Positions 33,096-43,558 of a stretch of DNA of 43,558 nucleotides are shown here, in pieces. How positions within the stretch are numbered: the stretch's first letter is position 1; each line of letters begins with the position of its first letter. The notes under the pieces are model-generated. The model saw nothing but the letters and a program-made list of their open reading frames with translations, was not told the DNA's origin and ran no database searches. This DNA comes from Chiloscyllium plagiosum (lineage: Eukaryota), in the NCBI RefSeq assembly GCF_004010195.1, contig NC_057718.1, forward strand, positions 36,341,188 through 36,384,745. Reading direction: 5' to 3'. The position numbers and the translations under genes were made by a program.

Positions 33096-35010
33096 CAATA
33101 CAATACAATACAATACAACACAGCAACAGGCCCTTCTGCCCACCAAACCTGCGCCTATTTGGATCTGTGTTTAAATCCACTCATCATGCAGTTCCATTAA
33201 CAAAACAACCGGATTTTGATTGCACTTTAAAATTAATTCTCACCGCTGTAGTAGCTCTTTATGATCTCATCTGTAAATATATTAAGTGATACCTCAGGTT
33301 TAAAAATATTTCACTCATGAACATGCATTATGTAAATAGAATCAGAGACTTATTTAGACCCATATGCCGACCCATATTTATTGCCTATATGCAGTTTCTA
33401 TCCGTCTGTTCGCCTCCTGTTCATGTACCTATTAAGATACACCTTAAACATTGTGAACATGCCTGCTTCAACCACTTCCACTGGCAGGTACCCACAACCC
33501 TCTGTGTGAAAAGCTTTTCCCACACTTCTCCCCTAAACTTTCCCCCTCTCACCTTGAATCTGTGTTATCTTGCAGTTAACCTTTCCACCCTGGAAAAAGC
33601 TTCTAACTATCCACTTTATCTATGCCTCTTATAATTTGTAGACCTCTATCAGGTTACCACTCAGCCTCTATATTTCCAGTAAAAACAATCCAAGCTTATC
33701 TAACCTCTCCTCATAATGAAAACCCTCCTGACCAGGTAAAATCCTGATAAACTTTCTCTGTACCCTCTCCAAAGCATCCATGTCATTCTATTAGTGTGGC
33801 AACCAGAACTGCACAAATGTTCCAAATATGGCCTAACTAGAGTTTTATGCACCTGTAACATAATTTGCCAATGTTTATATTCCATGTCCTGGCCAATAAA
33901 GGCAAGTGTGCTGCATGCATTCTTGCCACCTTATCCATCTGTGTGCCATGTTCAGGGCTCTGTGCACCTACATATCAATGGAACAACACTGGTTAATGAT
34001 CCCCATTTTGAAAAGCATCCTTCCATCACTACTGTGTTTTCTTTGACCAAGCAGTTTTGTATTCATCTAGCTGGCTCACTCCAGATCCCACGAGACTTTA
34101 CCTTTTGTACCAGCCTGCCATGATGTACCTTATCAAATGGCTTACTAAAGTCCATATAGATAACATCCCTTGCCCTTCCCTCATCAATCATCCTTGACAC
34201 CTCCTCAAAAAACTCAATCAGGTTGGTGAGACATTACCTTCCCCACACACACCAATGCTGCCTATCATTAACAAGTCCATTTGCTTCCAAATGTGAATAA
34301 ATTTTGTCTCTTAGTATCTTCTCCAACAACATCCCCACCACTGACATCAGGCTCACTGACCTGCAATTACCTGGATTATTTGTTTGCCTTCTTAAACAAA
34401 GGAACGGCATTGGCCATTCTCCAGTCCTCTGGAACTTCACCTGTGATCAACGAGGTTGTAAAGGTATCTGTTAAGGCCCCAGTTAATTCCTCCCTGGCCT
34501 CCCATTGTCTACTGGGATGGACCCCATTTGGCCCTGGGGAAGTATCTACCTTAATACATTTCAAGACACCCAACACTTCATAATGTTGACCTGCCCAAGA
34601 GTATTCACACACCTTTCCCTAACCTCAATATCCCTCATGTCCCTCTCTTTGGTGATGTAAAGTACTCATTAAGGATCTCACCCATTTCATCTGGCTCCAC
34701 ACATAACCTCCCTATTTTATCCATGAGTATATGTATCTGAAAACTTACAGAATTATGGTCACTATTCCCAAAATGCTCCCCAGTGAAACATTGATCACCT
34801 GGCCGGGCTCATTTTCCAGTACCAGATGCGGTATGGCCCCTTCCCTTGTTGGACTATTCACATATTTTTTTCAAAAAGCTCTTCTGGAAACATCTAACAA
34901 ATTGCTCCCCATCCAAATCCCCAACACTGAAGGAATCCTAGTTAATACGGGGACATTAATATCACCCACCACAACAACACTGTTATTTTCACATCTTTCC
35001 ACTACCTGAT
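33096..35010 (-). mobile_element. CR1 LINE, 5'-truncated and internally deleted
   Basis: SPGPNGVHP..GEVPEDWRMANAVPLFKK, PGNCRSVSLMSVVGMLLEKILRD, LVRPYLE, and tail rc (tattg)n. Confidence 0.92.
33170..33350 (+). repeat. Copy of 29784-29985 embedded in the CR1 3' UTR
   Basis: Colinear match with small deletions, with CR1 UTR sequence on both sides. Confidence 0.9.
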
Positions 35011-35499
35011 GACATATCTTTTCCTCTATCTAGTGCTATCTCTCAGCAGCCATGTTTGTTTCAATGTTGTGATGTGGAATCTAGGTAGTAAAAGTGGATA
35101 TTCCTTCCTTGGTGCAACTACAAAATCCCCATTAAACATAGCACCCTGCTAACAGCTCATGTACTAATTAGCATAGATGAAAATATTATTCTTTTATCCT
35201 TGCAACCAGAAGTAGCTGTGATCCTCTAAACTCCAGCACACTGTCATTTGACAGGTAATGCTCAAACCTGGAGCTTTCTCCTAATATTTCAATTGCATTG
35301 ATCCTGGAAGTTGATCAAGGGTGAAAGTAAAAATGTTCCAATGTTCATGCTAAAGTGACATTACACACAATGCACCTGAACAAAAGCCCTGGCCCACAAT
35401 GAGACTAATCTTCCACTCAAAAGGCCAATCAAGAGCTGTGAAGGAACTCATCACCAGGAGTTTGAGACTATAGGAAAACTACGGATAATCTGAATATAA

Positions 35500-35630
35500 A
35501 GATCTGAAAAAGGACACAAGACATTAACTCCAATTTCTCTCTACAGATGCTACCAGACCTGCTGAGAATTTCCAGCAATTTCTGTTTTTGTTTTGTTTGT
35601 GATTTCTATCATCTGTAGTCCTTTTGGTTT
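35500..35630 (+). mobile_element. Solo PLE terminal-repeat mini-element
   Basis: cagatgctaccagacctgctgagaatttccagcaatttctg, flanked by the perfect 11-bp repeat tctgaatataa (35489-35499, 35631-35641). Confidence 0.85.
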
Positions 35631-35957
35631 TCTGAATATAATGATGTCAGTCACGTTCGACAATCATTATTGGGCAAATGGACAACAGCAAAAAGAATAA
35701 TCACAGGCTAGCACAGGTATGATGGGTAAAATATCTTCTTTCAGGCTGCATTAGTAATGATTTAACTGACCAACAGAATACCATGTACTTGGAACAAGAT
35801 TTCCAAGAAAAAAATTTCTATTTCTATGAAAAGATAGATGCAAACCTTCAGAATAGGAATAATGCTTATAAATATAGGTGCTGGGTTCAGTATTACATTG
35901 CTAGTTTATTCATAAATTAGCTTTGGTACCATCAGCAGATACTTGTTTGAACTGTTG

Positions 35958-36040
35958 ATATTTTTTATGAACCAGTTTAGAATGTGTTATGATACACCTC
36001 TGGAGCAGGTGTGACTTGAATCTGTGCCTTTTGAGAGCAC
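35958..36040 (-). mobile_element. Partial short tRNA-derived SINE
   Basis: atgtgttatgatacacctctggagcaggtgtgacttga matches 5646-5682. Confidence 0.55.
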
Positions 36041-37144
36041 CCCCCAATTAGATGTCACAATTAGATGCCACAATAGGGCTTAATATAGTAAAAGGATGAG
36101 CTTTGTTGACTGAATTCTCTTTCACTATCTCAATCCTTCATATGAAGTACATTCCTCCTCATTCTCTGCTCCATACGCAGAATACCCACACTACAGAATG
36201 GTAAAGTCCCAGGACTAGGTTAATTTGATGTCCTCAGACATATATTTTTCCTGAGAGAGTCATATTGAATGTAATCCCTCTAAATGAAGGAAGTTAAGAA
36301 TCTGTTTCGAGGGAGGAGAGGATTTGTGGATGAGAAGGAATAAAATAATTACAGAAGCTGTTTTAGATTATCTCAACAGGTTTCCCAATAAACAGGGAGA
36401 GATTCACAGCTGGCTGGCTGTCAGAGTAGAAAATAGCAGGAGAGTCAAGATCAAGCAAATCCAACTTTGTCGGAGTGGGGTGGGGGAATTGAAAACTGAG
36501 AATCATTGGGAGACATGATTGGTCGGCTTTTCATAGGGTTTTAACTTGGTGCAGGGGGTGGGGATGCCGGAGGAGGGGGAAGGGAACTCACAGCTTCTTT
36601 GAAATATTTAATCGACCTGTGCATCTCGCAAGAGTGGATGGGTTGTGCACCTGCCTCACCATGTCCAATTTGTGAGCAGTTTGGAAATTGTCTCATGGTC
36701 ACCTTTCCTGATTTGTGGGGTTTTTTTTAGTTTTAACTACCAACCACTCAAAAAGATTAAAATTCCCTCATGAGACTCACAGGCATAGATTCTATCAACC
36801 AAATTAATGTAGTGATGTTAAAATATTGTTTCCTCCAGTTCCCAATAGTTCATGGATAGAATCCTATTATACATAGCTGCCCTGCCCCATCTGTATCAGG
36901 AACATGAGTTAACAAAGCAATGACAGATCTCACTCCCAACAACCTGGAAATGTTGCTAGAGTTCCAATGGTGACCGCACAGTAAAGACCACATTCCTAAT
37001 AGGAATCATGGAAGGCCATTGTTTTAATATGTACATTAATTAGAATTTTACAGTGAAGGAAACACTTGACTTCAAACCTTCCAATTCTGACATCCACTGA
37101 CAGAAAGTATTTTTTTGCTCTGCTTATAAAGAGAATGCATTATT

Positions 37145-38050
37145 AAACCAGCCATTCAGTTCAATCAGTGTATGCAGAACTCGAGGCTGTTTCCTTTATC
37201 CTGCCTGGCTTATCCAACCTCCTTTGAAATGAATCTATACTTTTAAACTATTAATCTCAGCTATTCTCTATGGTTATAATAACCACTCTCTCAGAGACAT
37301 TTCTTTCTGAATTCCCAATCTGATTTCAAGATGACTATATTGTTTTGATGGTCTTTAGTTTTATGTTAGACTCTCTATCTCTGTCTTCTCCATTAGCTCC
37401 TCCATGAGTTTAAAAATCTCTGATAGGTCACTGGTCAATCCACCCTTTCAAGAGCAAGACCCAACCTGTTCATCCTTTCCTTACAGGCGTAATCTTGAGT
37501 TTAATGGTACCTTGTAAATCTTTTTTTGGCACTTTGCCATGATATTCTTCATATGATACGATGACAACAATTTATTCAATGGTATTCAAATGTGATCTAA
37601 CTTTGGTTCAATGCAGGAACGCAATTTCTCTATTTTTCAACCTATCCATCCAGAAACAAAATCAGTACTTAATTTGATTTTTTTATGGCCTTATTAACTT
37701 CTGCTGCTACTTCTCGTGATTTGTCTATTTGTTCTCCAGGCTCCCTTTGAAAGTACGTCCTTATTTTTCTTACCAAAATGTAATAGCTTATATTTATCTG
37801 TGTTGAAATGCACTCATCAATTATATGTCCATTTTGGATGTTGCTTATTTTTTTCTTGTACTTTGTTTTCATTCTTTTCAATATTGTCTATTCCTTCAAA
37901 ACGGTGTCATTCACACATTTAGAAAAAGTGCATGTGATTTTAAATTCTGATTGTGTAATGTATACATTGTGAAAAAGGTGGTCCCAACTTTGATCTTTGT
38001 TGGACTCTATTTCCCACATTCTGCTACTTTGAATATCTTCCCATTTTGCA
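37145..38050 (-). mobile_element. Ancient, highly diverged CR1 RT and 3' region
   Basis: The reverse strand shows eroded equivalents of [10 protein letters not shown] (about 37980-38010), KFADDT (about 37900-37920) and AVNKA, in CR1 order. Confidence 0.6.
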
Positions 38051-38092
38051 TGTTAAAATAGGCACCCAAGAAGTTGAGTTTATTATTAAACA

Positions 38093-38580
38093 ATAAGAAC
38101 ATAAGAAAAAGGAGCAAGGGGAAGCTTTTCCACTTCTTGAACCTGATGCAACATTATTAAGATCATAGCTGACCTGATTGTAGACTTAATTCTAATTATA
38201 TGTCTAGCCCCAGAATAAATAACTCACTGGGAGATCAAAATCTGTCAAATACTGTCTGAATACGTCGAATGACCGTACCTCCACCAGTCAGTGGGGAAGA
38301 GAGTTTGAAAAACTAACACCCCTTTGAATGAAAAAAAACCTTAATCTCATTTTTAAAAGTGAGATGTCTTTGTTGAGGTGATAAACCCTAGTTCTAGAGT
38401 TCACAATGAGGGCAAATACTCTCTCAGCCAACCTTCAGCAGACTTCCATATGTTTCGAGGTAGCCAACTCTTCTTCTGTGAAACTTAAATATAGGCCCTA
38501 AATTCTCAATCTTTCCTCAAAACACAGCCTCTTCAACCCTGGAATCAATCTAACGAACCTTCTCTGAACTGTCTCCACTT
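38093..38580 (-). mobile_element. Old CR1 3' end
   Basis: ataagaacataagaa tail, aagatcatagctgacctg, ggggaagagagtt and ggaatcaatctaacgaaccttctctgaact, all typical of antisense CR1 3' ends. Confidence 0.7.
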
Positions 38581-38626
38581 CAAACATTTAAATTCAGCAT
38601 TTTTCACAGGCTGCTTGTGACCAAAG

Positions 38627-38752
38627 CCAGAGGCCTGTAATCACAGTGGGTATCAATGAGGCCCTGTTCCAGAGGCCTGTAATCACTGTGGCTTTCAATG
38701 GGGCCCTGCTCCAGAGGCCTGTAATCACTGTGGGTTTCAGTGTAGCCCTGTC
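38627..38752 (+). repeat. Minisatellite, 3 x 42 bp
   Basis: ccagaggcctgtaatcac starts at 38627, 38669 and 38711. Confidence 0.95.
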
Positions 38753-40915
38753 CTCCTACAGTTCTGTGAATTCCTATGGCCTCAGCTGTAATAGCCTCCC
38801 TGAGCTGCTGAGTCCTGGCTGCATGGTGATAATAGGAATGTGTGCCTAATTGTAAACACTCTGCAAGCCAAGTTGGAGACCCTGTGTTGGTGGATGGAGC
38901 AGGAGAGGCAAATTCCTTAAATGGTGTCTTCAGTCTGCTAATGTGAACTCTGGATTGCAGAGAACTGCAGAAGTGAACAAGCATGTTTAGGTTCTTGGAA
39001 TGGCAGAATTCCTTGCATAGTCCTGAGCACCAATATAGTTTCACCAGGATTGATGGATTTTCACTCAGATGCTTTGTCCTTCTATCTCCGCAACAGGCTG
39101 CCCTGTTCTCCCATAGAGGGGGCTTCGTTGTCAGGACCAGTGAGATCAGGCGCACCTCCTCATCTGCACCCTTTCTTTCAGGCTATGAGCCTGCTTGTCC
39201 TGTGGGAAAAGAAGTGGAAATTTAATGACTTGGCAAATGCCAATAGACTCCCTTGACTACACACATCTCCAAGCCTGGCAGAGTTTTAAATTGCATTCTT
39301 TCAATCACTCAAGTCGACCTGGCACAAACATGGGCCTGAAGTTCCATAAGGATTTTGAGGTTCATTACATATTTACCCACATAGCCTAGGGCACACTATA
39401 GCAAATTTCTAGCCTGATGCCCACATGAAAGACAATCCCATGCCTCCATGAACTTTAACCAGGTGGATAGAATTGTCATTCATCATTTTCCAGCACTGAG
39501 TCCTGAATCTTGGGCTAATGTCCTATGAGATCTCAGTCCAAGTCACCATGGTCTGGAAAGAGAGTTCCTCATTGCAATCTGTCAATTGGGAAAATCCCAT
39601 CGTTCCCAGATGGTCGAAAGGAGAACCTGTAGGAGGTGTGACAAAACCACAAGGCCAGTCTCTGTCTTGGTTCTAACATAAATAAGTGATGTGGAAGAGA
39701 TTTGGACACAGTGGTAGCATGGTGAAGGGGCAGGATAGTGCTTGTCCCAAAACAATTAAGATTAACAAGGAGGTGGTGGAAGGGATGGGATAATGAGGTT
39801 TGAGGTAAACCCGAGGGGGTGATGAGTTACAGAGAATGAAGATTTCAGACTTTTAACAAAAACCAAGATAGACAAGAAAATTGAGATCTTGCCGTTGAGC
39901 CTTCCTGATTGGCTGGATTGTTCTTTTATTGCTTGTGCAGACTTCCTGACCGGTCACCTGATCGCCAATGCAAAGCCCCTTCCATCATGTAATTGTGCAT
40001 GGTATTCTTGCCCACTGCTGCTCCTTTAAACTTTCCTGTGAAGCACATAGGAAACACCTGGTGATGCATAAGTGGAAGTAGTGTGCTCTTCCCATCTGCC
40101 ATTGGGAACTCCATCCTTTAGATCAAATATATGCTAGATTCCCAAATGCAGTTGCCATTACATTCCTATAGATGCTGCTGCTGGGAACAAGTCTGGAAGC
40201 ACTGTAGAACCACCAGCAGGATACTATTGGAATTGCAACTGTTTGTCAAGTTTACAATTAAATTACATATCAAATTTGAACAGAAAAAATTGTGAAGTAT
40301 AATGGCGAAGTGGTTTAAGTAGACTTAGTGTAAATTTGATGTACTCTTCTTAAACCTAATGTTCTGTCAGTATTCTCCTCTCTGTATGAGCTCTCATTGA
40401 TTTGAAGTGACCTAATCATTACTTGCCCATCTCATCTTCTCTGTTATGAACTGAGATTCACACATCCATACCCAGTCAAAATTATAGTGGTCCAAAAAGA
40501 CAACAACTGATGTTACTGCAAGACTATATAAAATGCTTTAAAGTATTTGATCTATTGATTTAAGTTGTTACAGTCACCAAAATTACAGACTTTATTTTAC
40601 AGGCTATAATTTCTCTGGGAACTATCACTGTTTAAAATATCTGCGGCTTCCACCTCATCCACATTTTTCTCTTCCAGATGGTTTCCATTAACAAACTACT
40701 TTGACTCAAATATTTATAACATTATCAACAATTGCCAATCTTTGTTTAAAATTTGTTTACAAAGAGAGGCATTTTTCTAGTTTGTGCTCCTCCATATGTT
40801 AGTTATAGAATGTAATTGTACTTAGTTTGTGGAAATGGCCCACATCTGTTTATATTTCTAATTGCCACAGACTGACAAGCAACAGAGCAGCACTTTCTTT
40901 CAGTGCAAAATTGAA

Positions 40916-41249
40916 GGGTGGCACTGCTGCCTCACAGCACCAGGGACCTGGGTTCGGTTCCAGCCTCGGGCGACTCTCTGTGTGGAGTTTGCACATTCTC
41001 CCCATGTCTGTGGGGGTTTCCTCCAAAGTGCTCTGGTTTCCTCCTACAATCCAAAGATGTGCAGGTTAGGTGAATTGGCCATGCTAAATTGCCCGTAGTG
41101 TTCGGGGATGTGTAGGTTAAGGTACATTAGTCAGTGGTAAATGTAGAGTAATAGGGTAGGGGAATGTGTCTGGATGGGTAGCTCTTTGGAGGGTCAGTGT
41201 GGACGTGTTGGGCTGAATGGCCTATTTCCACATTGTAGGGGTTCTATGA
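40916..41249 (+). mobile_element. HE1-type V-SINE
   Basis: gcactgctgcctcacagcaccagggacctgggttcg head, V-domain tgtgtggagtttgcacattctcccc, and tail gggctgaatggcctatttcc. Confidence 0.92.
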
Positions 41250-41528
41250 AACTAATTATACTGAATGATTGCATAAAATAAGTAGGCCAGCTCAATCTAT
41301 TGGCTTGGGGTCTGTTACAAACAGATGCAGAGTGGTGAATTGGCTCCCTTATTTTTAACCTTGATTGGTTGTAACAATAACTTCATAATCTTTGCAGTGT
41401 GGCAACTCTCCCTCACTTTATTTAAAAGTAGTTAACCAGTAACAATTAAGGAACCAATTGCAAGATTTACAAAAATGAGAGGAATTTTACAATTTATTAT
41501 CGCCAAGAAAAAAAAGCAAAGAAATAAT

Positions 41529-42722
41529 GAATCCCCTACTATCAACAACTTGGTGTTTACCATTGACCAGAAATTAAATTGGACTAGCTACATAAATATA
41601 GTGGCTAACCCGGCGCCAGGCTAACCTCTGGTCAGGGGAGGCTCTGGCGTCAGTTGGCCGGTGAACATTTTCGGATTTGGCCTTCCGCGGTTATGTCAGA
41701 GCCCGGGTGTCTCTGGAGAAGGGTGTCCCTGGAATTGTTCAGGGAGAGGTGGGCATCCAGAGAGTGGAGTGTATTATTTCCCCCTTCAGCTCTATTTTGA
41801 TTTAATTCCTGCCCTCCCCTTCTCTGTTTGATCATGCAGCATTGCCCTTTGATGTGAAGGGCACTGCTTGTTACTGGCCACTTGGGTGTTTCTTTCTTCC
41901 TGGTGGTAGAAATTGAATAAAGATTTGTACACCTTGTGTCTTTCACTGTGTCTCACACCTGCACACACACGACATGGGTGCTGGGGAAAAATAAGCACTA
42001 TCGCAGTTAGGCGGTAGTGTGGGGTAAAAAAGAAACAGAAGTGTCAGACATCCCATTCACTCTGAGAGCTGGCTCTGAGGGAGCTAGATCAGTGTTAAGG
42101 ACTCTCCATTAAAGAAAAAATATATAGTAGCTACAAGAGCAGGTCAGAGGCTATGAATACTGCAGTAAGCAATTCAACTCCTGACTCCCCAAGGCCTGTC
42201 CATCATCTATAAGGCACAAGCCAAGAATGTAATAGAATACTCCCCAAATGCCTGAATAGGTGCTGCTCCAACAACACTCAATAAGCTTGATGTCATCCAG
42301 GACAAAGCAGTCCACTTGATTAGTACCACACGCACAATTAGTTATTCCCTCCAACACTGACACTTTATAGCAGCATTGTGTTCATCTACAAGATGCACCG
42401 CAGAAATATAGAAATGTTCCTAATACAGCATCTTCCATACTCATAGTCACAACCACTTAGAAGGATAAGGGCAACAGACATATGGCAACACCATGTGTAA
42501 GTTCACTCCAAGCCACTCACCACCCTGACTTGGAAATATATTGCATTCCTCATGATGATTGGTCAAAATCTGGAACTCCTTCACTAATAGCATTGCAGTG
42601 TACCTACATCAAATGGACTGAATTGTCCAAAATGCAGCTCATTTTCACCTTCTCAAGAATTGTTAGGAACAGGAAATACAATGCTGGCCTTGCCAGCAAA
42701 GGCCATAACTTGAGAATGAATT
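41529..42722 (+). mobile_element. CR1/L2-group LINE 3' part, interrupted at 41608-42121
   Basis: Joined flanks read like TIDQKLNWTSYINIVATRAGQRL..LLTPQGLSIIYKAQ..IEYSP.A..GAAPTTLNKLDVIQDKAVHLI. Ends atgctggccttgccagc. Confidence 0.85.
41608..42120 (+). mobile_element. Tx1-like (L1 clade) 3' fragment with extra 3' segment
   Basis: FRGYVRARVSLEK..LELFRERWA..VECIISPFSSILI* (stop 41803-41805), AATAAA at 41916, A-tracts at 42026 and 42111. Flanking repeat atatagtggcta (41596-41607) / atatagtagcta (42122-42133). Confidence 0.7.
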
Positions 42723-43142
42723 AGAAAACACATACACAAGCACAAAGTTAAAAGGAGGATTGTGTCTGATACAAAATGGAAGATAAAAGTAATAGCAATT
42801 TAACATCCTGGAGGTAGAAGGTGTATTTGCAGTCTCAGTATTTGGATGTTTCTTCAATTTGTGTTTAGTGGTTGTTTTGTCTTTTCTAGGTAAGAAGAGA
42901 GAACATCTCCCCTTTCCAGTTACAAACCCATCTTCTCTGCTCTGTCAAAACAGTTGTTAAATACACCACAATTGTGCATTCCCATGCCTTGGTCATTGTT
43001 GCCATGTTGGATAATTACACCTTATACCTCCAGGATGTTAATTACTTTTATCTTCCATTTTGTATCAGACACAATCCTCTTTTTAACTGTGTGCTTGTGT
43101 ATGTGTTTTCTAATTCATTCTCAAGTTATGGCCTTTGCTGGC
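42692..43142. repeat. About 130-bp inverted duplication (42692-42825 vs 43016-43142) with 190-bp spacer
   Basis: The arms are near-identical reverse complements. ORFs 42663..42857(-) and 42974..43162(+) share YLPFCIRHNP..VLVYVFSNSFSSYGLCW. Confidence 0.95.
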
Positions 43143-43558
43143 TGAGTGCGAGCAGCAGCTGAGTTTAAACGAACCCAGAAGGCTAGAGCTAAGGTGAGAC
43201 AGTTTGTTTTAAAATTACTTACCGGTAGCGGGCAGCAGTGTTTTTTTTTCTCTTCACAGAAAGAACAGGAGCAGCAGGGGGAAGTGACGACAACTAGAGG
43301 GGCAGCCAGAAGCTGGTGTAGCGCAAGCTTACCTGGGTAGGTTATTTTTTCCTATAAAAGTGCGCAGGAGAGGAACCCGAGGCACTACAGAGGTAGTGCC
43401 TCCCACCCGCCCCCCCTCCTCTAACCTAATAATAAGACCCATTGGGGTAAGTAGGTAAGTGCTGCATTTTGCTTGTTCTATTCTTTAGACCTAGTTTTTT
43501 TTTAAAAGGTTACTTTCAGAGGGATGACAGTGAAGGCAGTGCAATGTTCCTCTTGCAA
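43143..43558 (+). mobile_element. 5' end of a CR1 LINE: 5' UTR and ORF1 start (ATG 43524), running off the window
   Basis: Relatively CpG-retaining UTR, then ATG ACA GTG AAG GCA GTG CAA TGT TCC TCT TGC = MTVKAVQCSSC, typical of the CR1 ORF1 N-terminal CxxC finger. Confidence 0.75.

Noticed and set aside
38627..38752. CRISPR-like array (also considered 24856-24933)
   Set aside because: The units are contiguous tandem copies whose intervening parts are homologous rather than unique spacers. There are no cas genes and the context is eukaryotic.
38604..39155. 183-aa minus ORF as a gene
   Set aside because: No recognisable motif, and its length is partly explained by the stop-free 42-bp tandem repeat.

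Overview
Eukaryotic, repeat-dense genomic DNA from a cartilaginous fish, most likely a shark. The inference rests on HE1-type V-SINEs, HER1/CR1 LINEs and shark-type Penelope-like elements (PLEs). No intact protein-coding gene, rRNA, true tRNA or CRISPR array is supported, and most ORFs in the supplied track are transposon fragments or antisense artefacts. About half of the window is decayed retroelements: CR1 (one near full-length copy at 9210-13004 and the 5' end of another at 43143-43558), a second CR1/L2-group LINE, a Tx1-like L1-clade element, several PLEs and tRNA-derived SINEs, plus PIF/Harbinger remnants. The most notable signals are four. (1) At least seven minimal hammerhead-ribozyme cores (CUGANGA-N-stemII-GAAA-YG-UH) sit in PLE terminal repeats, and their stem II sequences differ while pairing is kept. 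(2) Many of these terminal repeats occur as stand-alone 60-170 bp insertions flanked by 7-15 bp direct repeats. (3) Stop-poor, coding-like fossil frames (17.9-21.2 kb, 22.9-24.6 kb, 26.4-27.0 kb) appear to be a shattered pseudogene. (4) Several local duplications, inversions and transductions lie at retrotransposon junctions. Family names come from pattern recognition only; no database search was run.
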